The notes under the pieces are model-generated. The model was not told the origin of the DNA. It did no database searches and saw only the letters and a program-made list of their open reading frames with translations. From Macrostomum lignano (taxonomy: Eukaryota), in contig NIVC01001463.1 of the NCBI GenBank assembly GCA_002269645.1, positions 124,001 to 188,000 on the forward strand: a DNA stretch of 64,000 nucleotides. Reading direction: 5' to 3'. Of the stretch, positions 27,196 through 40,432 are shown piece after piece (the first letter of the stretch is position 1; each line of letters starts with the position of its first letter). The position numbers and the translations under genes were made by a program.

Positions 27196-27524
27196 AGAGC
27201 GGATCTAGGATCTTTCCTCCAGGGGGGCAGATGACCCCCCTTGACCTCCCCCCCTTGGATCCGTTAATGAGCAGTTATATAGGGAAAGAGTTGCTTTATT
27301 CCAGATTCTGACAGCTCCAAATCCCAGTCCTAAAATAATTGATGAGGAGAAAAGAAACACGCAGAAATATGGTAACCAATAATGCCACAATTGCTTCAGA
27401 TATCGAGAGAAAACAAAGCTTTAAACCGGGGGAGGGGGGTTCCTACACCGCAGCAACATCATCCGAGGCCACTGAAATTTCCCTTTTATACGGAAAAAGA
27501 ATCACTTGGATTTGGGTGCCGAAT

Positions 27525-27825
27525 TGACGCTGAAATCTTATAATTAGCAACAAAAACTTTTAATTGGCGCTAAAAACTTTTATTTGGCGCTGAAATCATT
27601 TAATTCGCGCCAAAAACTTTTAATTGGCGCTAAAAACTTTTATTTGGCGCTTAAATCTTTTAATTAGCAACAAAACTTTTAATTGGCGCTAAAAACTTTT
27701 ATTTGGCGCTGAAATCTTTTAATTAGCAACAAAAACTTTTAATTGGCGCTAAATCTTTTAATTGGCGCTAAAAACTTTTATTTGGCGCTGAAATCTAGTT
27801 GGGGCTGAAAGCTTTTATTTGGCAC
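27525..27825. repeat. AT-rich about 21-bp degenerate tandem repeat (TTAATTGGCGCTAAAAACTT)
   Basis: Directly visible. Confidence 0.8.
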
Positions 27826-28413
27826 TTGATTAAAACGAAAAAAATGGTATTTTTTCTAAGATGTGAAAAGGAAAGATTTTTGACCTAATTGGCGCCAAAA
27901 TATTTTGTTCAGTGATTCGGAACCGGGACAGAAATGGTTCTGAAAGCTAACGAGATTGCTACGGAGTACATGGATGCGTTGTGAAATTTCGTATCCGTGT
28001 TGGCCTGAGATTCAGATTTTGTCGGCCTTCACAGCTCCGATTCTTCTGATGCAATCCAGATTCTCTCTTTGGAACTCTTTGGCAATGGCTCAGCAAATGC
28101 TTTATTGCTCTCGCAGTTTCCTTGTTTAACAAAATATTACGAGCCACAAAGACTTCAAAACAAAGACCGGCGGGACCAAAGGACCGGACAGAGGTTTCCT
28201 AACGTTATGGAAATTAGTTTTTTTAAAATAGATATTTTATTTTTGGCTTTAAATCGCTGGAGAGTATTCGGGGCCCGTGTTTCTACTCTGCATATACGAG
28301 CTCCTATGACTCTTTGATTTCACTTGTACGAGTTTGATCTGTCGTTGGGTCCTTGTTTGCGGTCAACACTTCGTCTGACTGTCCATTGCTGTGCTGCAGA
28401 CGAGGGTACCACA

Positions 28414-29863
<1,450 letters not shown>

Positions 29864-29980
29864 GAGAATCGGCATGAGAATTGGGATGAAAATCGGCATG
29901 AGAATCGGCATGAGAATCAGCATGAGAATCAGCATGAGAATCGGCATGAGAATTGGCATGAGAATCGGCATGAGAATCTA
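29864..29980. repeat. 12-bp minisatellite (CATGAGAATCGG)
   Basis: About 9 copies abutting the TTAG tract. Confidence 0.85.
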
Positions 29981-31770
29981 AAGAACAAAAAGCAATGTTT
30001 TAAATTTTTTTTGATGCCTTTTGTCAATAATTGCCTTCAGCCAGAGCTTGGCGGCAAACAGTATATTTTAAAGATGTTTCAAGATCACAAACTCTGTTGA
30101 ATTTCAACAATTTCCTTCTATTCCAAGTGTTGTTCAATTAGTGCATGAAAACCGGACACGGGTGCACAGAGAGACTTCAGAGGGCCTGGACAAGCCAACG
30201 ACACAATTTTTTTTGATTGAGACAGATCGACAGAGAAAATATCGAAATTGGACGATTTCAAGATATAATTTTTTGCCAATTTGAATCGTTGGCAAAATTC
30301 AAACTTCGGTTAGAAGAAGCTGCTTAAAGAGTGACTTAAATATGGTTTTAATAAATGTATATATAGATAGATAGATATCCAAGTGCTGTAACACCGCACT
30401 TTGAAGGACTCCCAACACAATATACAAGAACACAAATATGCTAAACAAATATAAATAGATTTATATAAACTATTAATGATTAGAATAAAATAACAAAACT
30501 ATTATTTGGGGGGCGAGTTGGTTGATATTTCACATAGCCTACTAACGAGTAGGATGTTGCCGCAACAAAATAGCTTCGAGTCGAAAAAGCTTTCTCCTCT
30601 GCCTGCCTTTGCACTTATTTTTTCTGCGGAGCCTAACGTCGCCCGGCCCGGGGACTCGGGGAGCTTCATCATCTCCAGCCTCTCTCTCTCTCTCTCTCTC
30701 TCTCAGTTCCCCACAGCCACTTCCTTTACTTTTCTGTCCAAGCCTGCCTTGTGCTTGCGCACAGGCCCGTCCCTATTCCGGCCCAGTCCAAATATGGAAG
30801 GTGGAGAACCGACTTGAGGTAGGGGGGATGGGAAACACGTGCAGGAGAACTGGAAAGCTCTCTTGCTCCTCTCTTATCGATCCACCAGAGCCCAGCTGCA
30901 GGACACAGGGCAGGGCTAAAATTAGACTCTGCAGGCAGCCTCATCTCAAACTGAATGCCTGGCCAGCCCCAATCTTTGAGCAAACAAGCTTCAGCCTCTG
31001 AGATGCAAGCTATTAGTGCAGCAACATTGAAGCAGCGCTTGCCATCACACAAAAATATAACAACACTTATGCTTGCTTAACTTTTGGACAGACAGTTAAA
31101 ACAAAATTACAATAAGTTACTTTTCTATGGGTTTTACATAAGTTTCTGGAATTATTTGATAATAATAATAAGCGTAGCGCAAGACTAGAGGACACATTAA
31201 TATTGGACTTTAAAAGACACAGACACAAGCAGAGTTTGCTCCACAAAAAATTACAGAGGTTTCGAATGTGTTCAGGCTGTAAAACAAAATCTGGGGAACG
31301 TGTTTAAAGAAAAAATTGAAACAAGGAAAAACTTTATTGGGAAAAAGGACACAAAAATTCCGCAAATATGCCTTGGTTGTTAGAAATAAAACAAATAAAT
31401 AAAATATTCGAATGTTTGATCAGTAATTCTTTTCCGCGAATGAGCTGCTTTTTTATCAGCTAGCGACACATGGTAACCATGGTAACAGAAAAAACACAAT
31501 TAATAAACGAATGAACTGGACACAATAAGCTTCGAACGGTAGCCTATAACTGAAAAAAAATATTTATTAATATGTAATTGACAAAGCCAATATGCAGGGC
31601 ATGCTAACGCTAACAACAGACAGACAGTGACAAAAATAGAAAGGATATTTTATATGCGTGCATACGATGGGATCTTTCAGATTGTCAAATTCCTCTCGAC
31701 ATTTCAGTTAATTTGTGACTTTTTTGGTTCCGAATTTTATATTGCCGCAGTGCCGCAGTGCCGCAGTGCT

Positions 31771-34700
31771 TTATTCACCCTGAAATTTTAGCGTAGTTTA
31801 AAGATACAAAAGCTGTACATTTAGTACAAAATTTATAACTAGTGGGAGGGGCAAGTATTAGGGCAGATTTTTATAGGAGGGCGATTCCCAGTGGCGATTT
31901 TTATGGGAGGAGGGAGGCGATTCTCAGTGGCGATTTTTATAGGAGTAAGGAAGGCGATTCTCAGTGGCGATTTTTATAGGATGGGGTGGCGATTCTCAGG
32001 GGCGATTTTTATAGGAGGAGGAAGGCGATTCTCAGTGGCGATTTTTATAGGAGTAGGAAGGCGATTCTCAGTGGCGATTTTTATAGGATGGGGTGGCGAT
32101 TCTCCGTGGCGATTTTTATAGGAGGAGGAAGGCGATTCTCAGTGGCGATTTTTATAGGATGGGGTGGCGATTCCCAGTAGCGATTTTTATGAGAGGAGGG
32201 AGGCGATTCTCAGGGGCGATTTTTATAGGATGGGGTGGCGATTCCCAGTGGCGATTTTTATGAGAGGAGGGAGGCGATTCTCAGGGGCGATTTTTATAGG
32301 AGTAAGGAAGGCGATTCTCAGTGGCGATTTTTATAGGAGTAGGAAGGCGATTCTCAGTGGCGATTTTTATAGGATGGGGTGGCGATTCTCCGTGGCGATT
32401 TTTATAGGAGGAGGAAGGCGATTCTCAGTGGCGATTTTTATAGGATGGGGTGGCGATTCCCAGTAGCGATTTTTATGAGAGGAGGGAGGCGATTCTCAGG
32501 GGCGATTTTTATAGGATGGGGTGGCGATTCCCAGTGGCGATTTTTATGAGAGGAGGGAGGCGATTCTCAGGGGCGATTTTTATAGGAGTAAGGAAGGCGA
32601 TTCTCAGTGGCGATTTTTATGGGAGGAGGCAGGCGATTCCCAGTGGCGATTTTAATGGGAGGAGGGAGGCGATTCTCAGGGGCGATTTTTATGGGAGGAG
32701 GAAGGCGATTCTCAGTGGCGATTTTTATGGGAGGAGGGAGGCGATTCTCAGGGGCGATTTTTATAGGAGGAGGAAGGCGATTCTCGTTGGCGATTTTTAT
32801 AGGAGGGGAGGAGAGTCTCACTGGCGATTTTATAGGAGGGGAGGAGAATCTCACTGGCGATTTTTTAGGAGGGCGATTTTTATAGGAGGGGAGGAGAATC
32901 TCACTGGCGATTTTTTAGGAGGGCGATTCTCACTGCCGATTTTTTTTAGAGGAGGGGCGATTCTCAAGGTCAATTTCATAGTCGTGCAATGGCACAGCAC
33001 CAGCGGGCAGTTGCCCTCCGCCCTCCCAGACTTACATCAACCAGGACGCCTTCGCAGGACGAGTCGATCTGGCGCGGCTTGCCAGAGCCGGTGGCGGCGG
33101 CGTCAGCGCACAGGTGAAAGTCGACCTGACGGGCCGACCAGCGCTCCAGGTTGACGCCGTTGTCGATCATGACGCACTTGGTGACCGGGGCGCAGCCGGG
33201 GGCGTTGGCGGTAACGGCGAAGGGGCCGTCAGTCAGCAGGCGGTGGTAATAGCCGTGCGCTCCTGTGGGACCGGGTGCGGGTCGCTAATTGATCTTCTGC
33301 ACCAAAAGCGTTTATTATTGATGATCATCGCCCAAATATGATAATCGCCCAAATATGATAATCGCCCAAATATGATAATCGCCCAAATATGATAATCGCC
33401 CAAATATGATAATCGCCCAAATGTGATAATCGCCCGCACAGATGATAATCGCCCGCACAGATAGATGATAATCGCCCAAATGTGATAATCGCCCGCACAG
33501 ATGATAATCGCCCGCACAGATAGATGATAATCGCTCAAATGTGATAATCGCCCGCACAGATGATAATCGCCCCCACCCACAGATGATACGACTGTAATCG
33601 CCCAAATATGATAATCGCCCAAATGTGATATAATCGCCTAAATACGCTCGTATGATAATCGCCCAAATGTGATAATCGCCTAAATATGATAATCGCCCCC
33701 AACAGATGATAACCACTAAAATGAAATGTGATAATAGCCCTCCACATATGATAATCACCCCTCACCGGTGTTCACATTGTGCAGGATGGGCAGCACAGAT
33801 CCGTCGGTGTCGATGCGGTCAACCGTGATAACAGCGGCACCCTTAGCAACAGGACTGCCGGCCTTGGTAACCTGGCCTTTGATGCCGAAGTGCACGGCGG
33901 ACATGTAGTTGACCAAGGCCTGCCTGTTCTCCTCCCAGTAGCGGGGCAGCTCGTTGCCTGGCGGGTACTTCTTGCAGCCCAGCTCCACCTGGTGGGAGAG
34001 GGGGAAGCCGCTCTAGTAAGCACTCACTGGACTGTATGGGGACTGGAAGACATCCACAGTCAGGATCTGGGAGGCTGCCCAGCAACTGAGGATCTGGGAG
34101 GCTGGCCCAGCAACTGAGCATCTGGGAGGCTGCCCAGCAACTGAGGATCTGGGAGGCTGGCCCAGCAACTGAGCATCTGGGAGGCTGGCCCAGCAACTGA
34201 GCATCTGGGAGGGCGATGGCCCAGCAACTGAGCATCTGGGAGGGCGATGGCCCAGCAACTGGGATCTGGGAAGGAGGCCCAGCAACTGAGGATTTGGGAG
34301 GCTGGCCCAGCAACTGAGGATCTGGGAGGGCGATGGCCCAGCAACTGACATGCTTGCTAAATAGTCGAAATGTTTTTGCAAGATTTCTGAGAGATTTCGC
34401 CGTCGAGTCTCAGGCAGGCAGATCTCAACAGTATAAAAACCCAATGCTCATCAGAATGCTCAAGTCCCGATTTCGGCCCCGCCCACGTACTGGCACGCAA
34501 AGCAAGTCAAAGACAACTCGTTAAGTTCAAAGGGAAGCCAGATTGCTCCAGGACGGATTAAAGGAACAGGCTGGCCAAATTGCTAGAATTGCTTCCCGGC
34601 TGTGGAATTGCATAATTTTAAATCATAAAAAAATGTTCTTTTGCCCCAGATTGCGACGACACGAACCAGGATATACGGCGAAGTGGCGAAGTTGCTAAAA

Positions 34701-37700
34701 TTAGAAATAAATTCCTAAATCCAGCATAGCATATTTTTTGAAAATCTGTCCATATCCAGGATGTAGCACAAGGATGTGGACCGCGTGCAGTTTAAAAGCA
34801 ATTATCTCTGAATCATACATGTAGAATAGCACCGACAGACACACAGTCATCACCAAAAAAAGACCTATAAAACCATCACCAGCAGAGACCCAGAAAACCA
34901 TCAAGAACCGACCCCAAAACCACAAATAACAAAGACCCATAAACCATAAATAACAAAGACCCTTAAACCATAAATAACCCATAAAACCAATGAACCATCA
35001 CCAACAAAGACCGATAAAACCATCACCAACAAAGACCCACAAAAACCATCGCAAGCAAAGACCCATAAAATCATCAACAACAAAGACGCATAAAAACCAT
35101 CAACAATAAAGACCCACAAAACCATCAATAACAAAGACCCACAAAACCATCAATAACAAAGACCCATAAAACCATCACTGACAAAGATCCATGAAACCAT
35201 CACAAACAAAGACCCATAAAATCATTACCGACAGACTCATAAAACTATCAATAGCAAAGAACCATAAAAACCATCATCAACAAAGACACAAAAAACAATC
35301 AACAACAAAGACACACAAAAAGTGACAAAGACTAGTTTCTGCTATTGTAAAAACAAACAAAAAAACACCAACCGTAATCTCGTAGCAGTTGGAGGCCAAA
35401 TAGTTGAAGTCCTGCATGCCGCTGGCCACGCTGTACCATTTGGCGCCGTTGGTGACGCCCCGGCGGAACGGATTCGGCCGACCGTCGGAGCCGCCCTCGG
35501 CCGGGCAGGCGTAGCGCCGGTCGAACATGGCCGGATTTCCGGACGAATAGGCCAGGGCAAGTTGGCGGAACAGGCGGTCGTCTGGCGAGGCCGAATAGGC
35601 ATTGGGGCTGTCTGGCCGGGACTCGTCGTAGGGATAATTGGCCACTTTGTCGCCGCCGTGCAGGTTGGCCGACAGGACGAAATTGTTGGTCAGAATCCAC
35701 TTCATCACCATGCAGGTCTCGGGCTGGCGGCCGCACCTGTGTAGTAGGGAGGGTGTTGATTCTATATGCCATTTATGGATTTTTGATCGGATCGATATTA
35801 TAGGGAATTTGCTCAGCAACTAAATCCTGGGATAACAACGGAATAACTGCTGAATCTAAATCCCAAGATTTTTTCCCAAGAAGAGAAGACGAGAGAGAGA
35901 GAGAAGACGAGAAGAGAGAAGAGGAGAGAGAGAAGGCGAGAGGAGAGAAGAGGAGATGAGAGAGAGAGAGAGAGATAGAGAGAGAGATGAGAGAAAGAGA
36001 GAGAAAGAGAAGAGGAGATGAGAGAGAGGAGAGAGAGAGAGAGAGGAGATGAGAGAAAGAGAGAGAGAAGAGGAGATGAGAGAGAGAGAGAGAGAAGAGG
36101 AGATGAGAGAGAGGAGAGAGTAGATTAGAGAGAAGAGAGCTGAGAAACACAAACCTTGACGGGCCGGATGGCTATTGTGAAGTTTCAAAGGACCCGAGGG
36201 CTGGATAGAGGCTTTGCGGACCGCATATAGGCCAGAGTTTGCCAAACCCTGTTCGAAATACTCAGATTATAAACAGTTAAAAAGCGGGGCTGCAAAATTA
36301 TAAAATAATCCCAAATCAGCTGACGAACCGCCCAGTGTGGTTGCTAAACAGGTGGTCGAACGGTCCAGTGCCGGCTCGCTCCAGCTCGTAAATGCGCCTG
36401 TCCAGATCTGGGAAGTCCCTGTTCAGGTCCACATTGTTGGCATTCTGGCGGCCTTTGACCTCGGTGCGACGGCCTGGGGCGGAGGGGTCGTTGGCGATCT
36501 CCCAGCCGTCAGGGTTCATGCTGGGCATGAGGTGCAGGCGGGCGCGGCCAACCAGGCTGGCGGCCAGCGGGTTGCCATTGCGATGGCCCAGGCAGAGGTC
36601 CACAGCTAGGCGGAGAATCAGCTCGCGGCCAACAACCTCGTTGCCATGCATGTTGCCAACCCACTTGAACTCTGGGCGGCCTGTTTGGAAACAAATTTTG
36701 CTAGTATTTGTTATAACAGTACCTTTTTTACCTCTTACTAGAAATGTCATGCTTCTATGAATTAGCTTATTAAACTATTTTGAGAGAAAACATCTATCTA
36801 TACTAAGCATCTATACCAAACTAGCATAAGAAAATAGAATATGAATATCTAGTTTTTTGTCTGGGTGTTGGGTGCAACTTTGAACCCAGGGTCAATTTCA
36901 GGTGTTATTAATATCTTTTTTTTGCAAAAAAACTAACCAGTACATATAGATAAATATAGAATAATCTAAATAGGGTTATATAAAACTAGAAGGAAAATGC
37001 CTATTTCCTAAAACATTTTGTCATATTAACATATTTTTCAAAGTATAAGTACTTTAAACTATTTGTTTGAATTCATTTACAATAAAAAATCAACTGTGGC
37101 ATATGGCATACAATTAAACTGTATATATAAGTTATGAGTTATTTATTACAAAAAACTATATCAGAGGCAGAACCATAGTGGCATAGCTCAAAGACTTCTT
37201 TTAAAATATACAAAAGAACCATAGCAGTAGCATGAATGCATAATATGTATTAAAAGGTGCAAAACTGTATTAAAATATATTTAAACTAATGTCATATAGT
37301 TTTCGGCGATTTTCCTCTTTCGTTCGTTAAATTATTTTTTCGACAGAAACAAGTTGTGACTACTGAGTAATGTCAGAAAACGACAGTAATGGGATGCTGG
37401 GACTTAAATTTTTCTCGGAAAGTTGGATGGAGTTGTTTAACTAAAGACAAACGGTAATGGTAAACGACATGTAACGACAGTAAACGACAACAATAGGGCA
37501 CTGCGTCCCGTAGCTTGCTCTGGCATACAGAGAGTCTCACAAAGTCCAATATGGTTCAACTGGAGCCCCAGCAGTTCACAGTTCACAGGGGGTAATAGTG
37601 CGCAATCCAAAAGAGAATGTTTCCGAACAAGTGAAGACTCAATGCGATAAGTCAAAGCTCATGCAAGAGTGGGAAGGGGAGCAAGGAGCGAGTGCAAGCT

Positions 37701-38506
37701 GCTGCCTATACTCCGCCACGAACCGAGTAGGTGAGTAGTGCCATAGACATGTGTCAGCAGCAACCCCATGTCCTTTCCACTACTGCCACATCATTTTTTC
37801 AATAGGCACAATTTCAAATGCTGCCACGTCACTTTTTCGCGTCTACGCACCGATTCAAATCGAAAAAATAATTTAACGAACGAAAGAGGAAAATCGCCAA
37901 AGGCGATTTCTCGGCCAAAGGCGATTTTCCTCTTTCGTTCGTTAAATTATTTTTTCGACAGAAACAAGTTGTGACTACTGAGTAATGTCAGAAAACGACA
38001 GTAATGGGATGCTGGGACTTAAATTTTTCTATATGAAGTTCTTAAAGTAAGTTCTTTACAAACAAGAAAACATTTTTAATTAAATAGTGTAGCAAAATTG
38101 AACTCTTCAGGGCTACAGACACGATTATTTACAAGAAAATACAATTTAATGAAAAACCATAACCATTACATTGTAACATTGTCATGAGTATGACTCATTA
38201 CTATCAAAGAAAAAGTAGGTCAGACATTTTTGCTCTATACAATTTTTTACCTGGTTCAGACGTTCCAAAAGCAAGAACATGGAGCTTGTTGCCTCGTGGA
38301 GTCTCGTCGCGTTCATTACCAGATGTATCACGATATTTTAGATGGTACAAAGAAGTGATATCGGGACATCTCTTGTTTACTGCTTCTAGGATCTCAAATA
38401 CTTCTTTGTTGTCATGGTGCTTTCCCCATTCGATCTTGTCAATGTCAGTGGCGAGCACAACGCAACCAAAAGACAAAATAATAATAGAGAAATCGGAAAG
38501 ATTCAT
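31771..38506 (-). CDS. CPE: Metallocarboxypeptidase, M14B subfamily (carboxypeptidase E/D-like), secreted; whole gene
   Basis: Exons 38506-38251, 36680-36329, 35736-35373, 33988-33766 and 33262-33036 join in frame with GT-AG ends (474 codons). Tentative last exon 31779-31771 (GE*). Signal peptide [19 protein letters not shown]. Zn ligands in HGNE and [12 protein letters not shown], catalytic Glu in EITVELGC, and a C-terminal transthyretin-like domain (GIKGQV...GYYHRLL). CPE versus CPD orthology is not resolved. Confidence 0.9.
31865..32965. repeat. About 31-33-bp intronic minisatellite (GGCGATTCTCAGTGGCGATTTTTATAGGAGGAG)
   Basis: Directly visible; GGCGATT occurs twice per unit. Confidence 0.93.
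33036..33262 (-). CDS. CPE: Carboxypeptidase exon 5 ([23 protein letters not shown]...VDFHL)
   Basis: Acceptor cacag|; donor GAT|gtaagt; transthyretin-like domain motif GYYHRLL. Confidence 0.88.
33320..33755. repeat. 17-bp intronic minisatellite (ATCGCCCAAATATGATA)
   Basis: Directly visible; fills carboxypeptidase intron 4. Confidence 0.92.
33766..33988 (-). CDS. CPE: Carboxypeptidase exon 4 (VELGCKKYP...VHFGIKGQV)
   Basis: Acceptor ccag|GTG; donor G|gtgagg. Confidence 0.92.
34062..34350. repeat. 28-bp minisatellite family A (TCTGGGAGGCTGGCCCAGCAACTGAGGA), locus 1
   Basis: Same unit as 47024-47585. Confidence 0.93.
34840..35300. repeat. Degenerate AC-rich tandem repeat (AAACCATCAACAACAAAGACCCATA)
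   Basis: Directly visible, low complexity. Confidence 0.75.
35373..35736 (-). CDS. CPE: Carboxypeptidase exon 3 (QPET...[13 protein letters not shown]...[16 protein letters not shown])
   Basis: Acceptor cacag|; donor ACG|gttggt; classic M14B motifs. Confidence 0.93.
35880..36145. repeat. GA-rich low-complexity tract
   Basis: Directly visible. Confidence 0.85.
36329..36680 (-). CDS. CPE: Carboxypeptidase exon 2 ([20 protein letters not shown]...DLNRDFPD)
   Basis: Acceptor caaacag|; donor CG|gttcgt inferred from the phase of the next exon. Confidence 0.92.
37305..38030. mobile_element. MITE-like element with 39-bp terminal inverted repeats (37305-37898), followed by a 111-bp truncated second copy (37920-38030)
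   Basis: GGCGATTTTCCTCTTTCGTTCGTTAAATTATTTTTTCGA at 37305 and 37920; its exact reverse complement at 37860-37898. 37305-37415 equals 37920-38030. No TSD seen. Confidence 0.65.
38251..38506 (-). CDS. CPE: Carboxypeptidase exon 1 (signal peptide, KHHDNKEV...RCPDITSLY)
   Basis: ATG at 38506 (alternative upstream ATG at 38548); donor CCAG|gtaaaa; typical M14B N-terminus. Confidence 0.85.
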
Positions 38507-40432
38507 TTCAAGCTGTTTGGTCGACTTAAGAATCAACCAAAGATGCAAATAATTTCTAATCTAGATCTATCCCGTAGATCTCGCGAAAAAAGTAAAATGT
38601 TTGAATTTTGAGATGACTCTAAAAACTTGATATCAGTGTTTAACAAAGTATTAGGAAAATCAAAAAGTATCTTATTTTTAGCATTATTTTTAAATAATAA
38701 AACGATTTTTTTAACTAAATCTTTTTGAATTGCAAGCTTAAGGTAAAAAAAGTTTCAATTACCTTTTTATCGTTAAAGGTTCTTATAATACTTTTAGTTA
38801 ACTCAACCGGTTGCCAACAAAATATGCTATCAAACTCATGCTATGCTATCAATGACGAATCCAAGAAAAGCAGAGCTTTCTGAAACGACTTCATCTTTAT
38901 TATTTTATTAGAAAGGTTTTTCACATTACCAATTCACATTACCAATTCCAGAACCAGAATCGGTTCGGATTTCCAAGAAAAAAGCAGTATAATTATTAAA
39001 CTTTTTTGAATGTTTGGCTGCCTTAACAGCCAACTTTGCAAAATTTTTCACTTTCTTCTTGGCCATTCAATAATCACAACTTTAAAGCACTAATAATATT
39101 CCTCTAGTTTAGGAGACAAAAAGTTATACTTTACAAATTGGATCTGGTTCTAGAACCAGAATAAGCAATATGAAAAGGCCTTAAAGATACGTATGCGTCA
39201 TACATGCATTTAAATTATAATTTTTCCGTGAACATTAACTGACTTTATTAAAGTCAATGAAAGTCAGTTTTCTTTGCACTATATATGTTGCTTTCACATT
39301 TTTTAAAAGTAATAAAGTCATTTGGCAAAAATAGTTTTTGCGTTGCCTTGAATTTACTTTTAACTTTTATTCTATAGTATTAAAAGCATCATAAAAACAA
39401 AATTATACTTTGTTCGTGCCTTTGGTAAAAATAAAAATTCTTGATTTTCAAAAACGTAACATTCTGGGAAACAATCGTTGCTATTCTGAACGTACGTTTC
39501 CAGTTGTTGGAAAATGAGACGGTTCTTGGCCTGAAACACTGAATGAGGGGAAATGGAAAATCGACTAAACTGAGACGCAATTTCTGTATATGTATATATT
39601 GTTTGCTGTTTACAAATTGCATACAAATTTACAAATAGTGGCTAATGAAAGTAAATCGTAATGTAATGCATTCTCTTAAATCGTCTTGATTGATTAGATT
39701 AGGACATTTACATAACACTATATACTATATAGTTGTACCACACAGAGATTAAAAGCCTGTAATCATGTAAATTTCTCATTCTAGTCTTGAAATAAATTCA
39801 AGCACTAGCTATGTCAATTAATTACATTTGTTTTGAGCTCAAGACAAGAGTCCTCCAGCAAAAAGCAAACCAAAGATGTAGAATTCAAGATGATTTTTGA
39901 TAAATTGATTCAAAAATGTTTTTTTGCTTTGTCTTGTTTTATAATTAGGTATTTGTATTAATCAATATTAATTTTTATCAATTATTATCACTTTTTATTT
40001 TTTTAATTATATTTAATTTAATTTTTAATCAATTTTATCAATATCAATAAAGACAATAGCTGAAATTTATAGCTTATTATAAGAAAAATAGATTCATAAA
40101 CAATTATGACTTCAAATTTTGTCTACTTGTTAATTCTTTTTATATTTTTCAATAGTTTAAACCTGTAAAGTATCAGTCTCTATTAATACTTTTTTATAAA
40201 TTTTGATATCTGGTTGTTTTTTATTCAGATAATCAAATATAACTAAAATAGTATTAAAAATACAGTATATGATTATGATCTAAACTGAAGACCAAAAACT
40301 CAATGAAGTTTAACTAGCATGATAAAATTAGTAGATTCATGATTCAAAGTATCTACTAATCAAATTTTTACAAAGTTTCCTAAATGCTAATAATATATAA
40401 TAAATCTTAATTTATTTCTATTCTAGAGACAC

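Noticed and set aside
25717-27311. Long ORFs of 395-492 aa in all six frames
   Set aside because: Pure translations of a stop-free 20-bp minisatellite. The same applies to the ORFs at 6.8-8.4, 9.0-9.9, 13.5-14.8, 31.9-33.8, 34.0-34.4, 46.8-47.5, 54.7-55.2, 57.2-57.6 kb and over the microsatellites.
36739-36754. Possible carboxypeptidase micro-exon (KHDIS) that would fill an apparent 5-aa shortfall before RPEFK
   Set aside because: Good donor (gtaaga), but no AG acceptor gives a stop-free phase 1-1 exon; the direct exon 1-2 join is already in frame.
38910-39185. Degenerate inverted repeat (AGGTTTTTCACATT / AATATGAAAAGGCCT), possible old MITE
   Set aside because: Too diverged to define ends or a TSD by eye.
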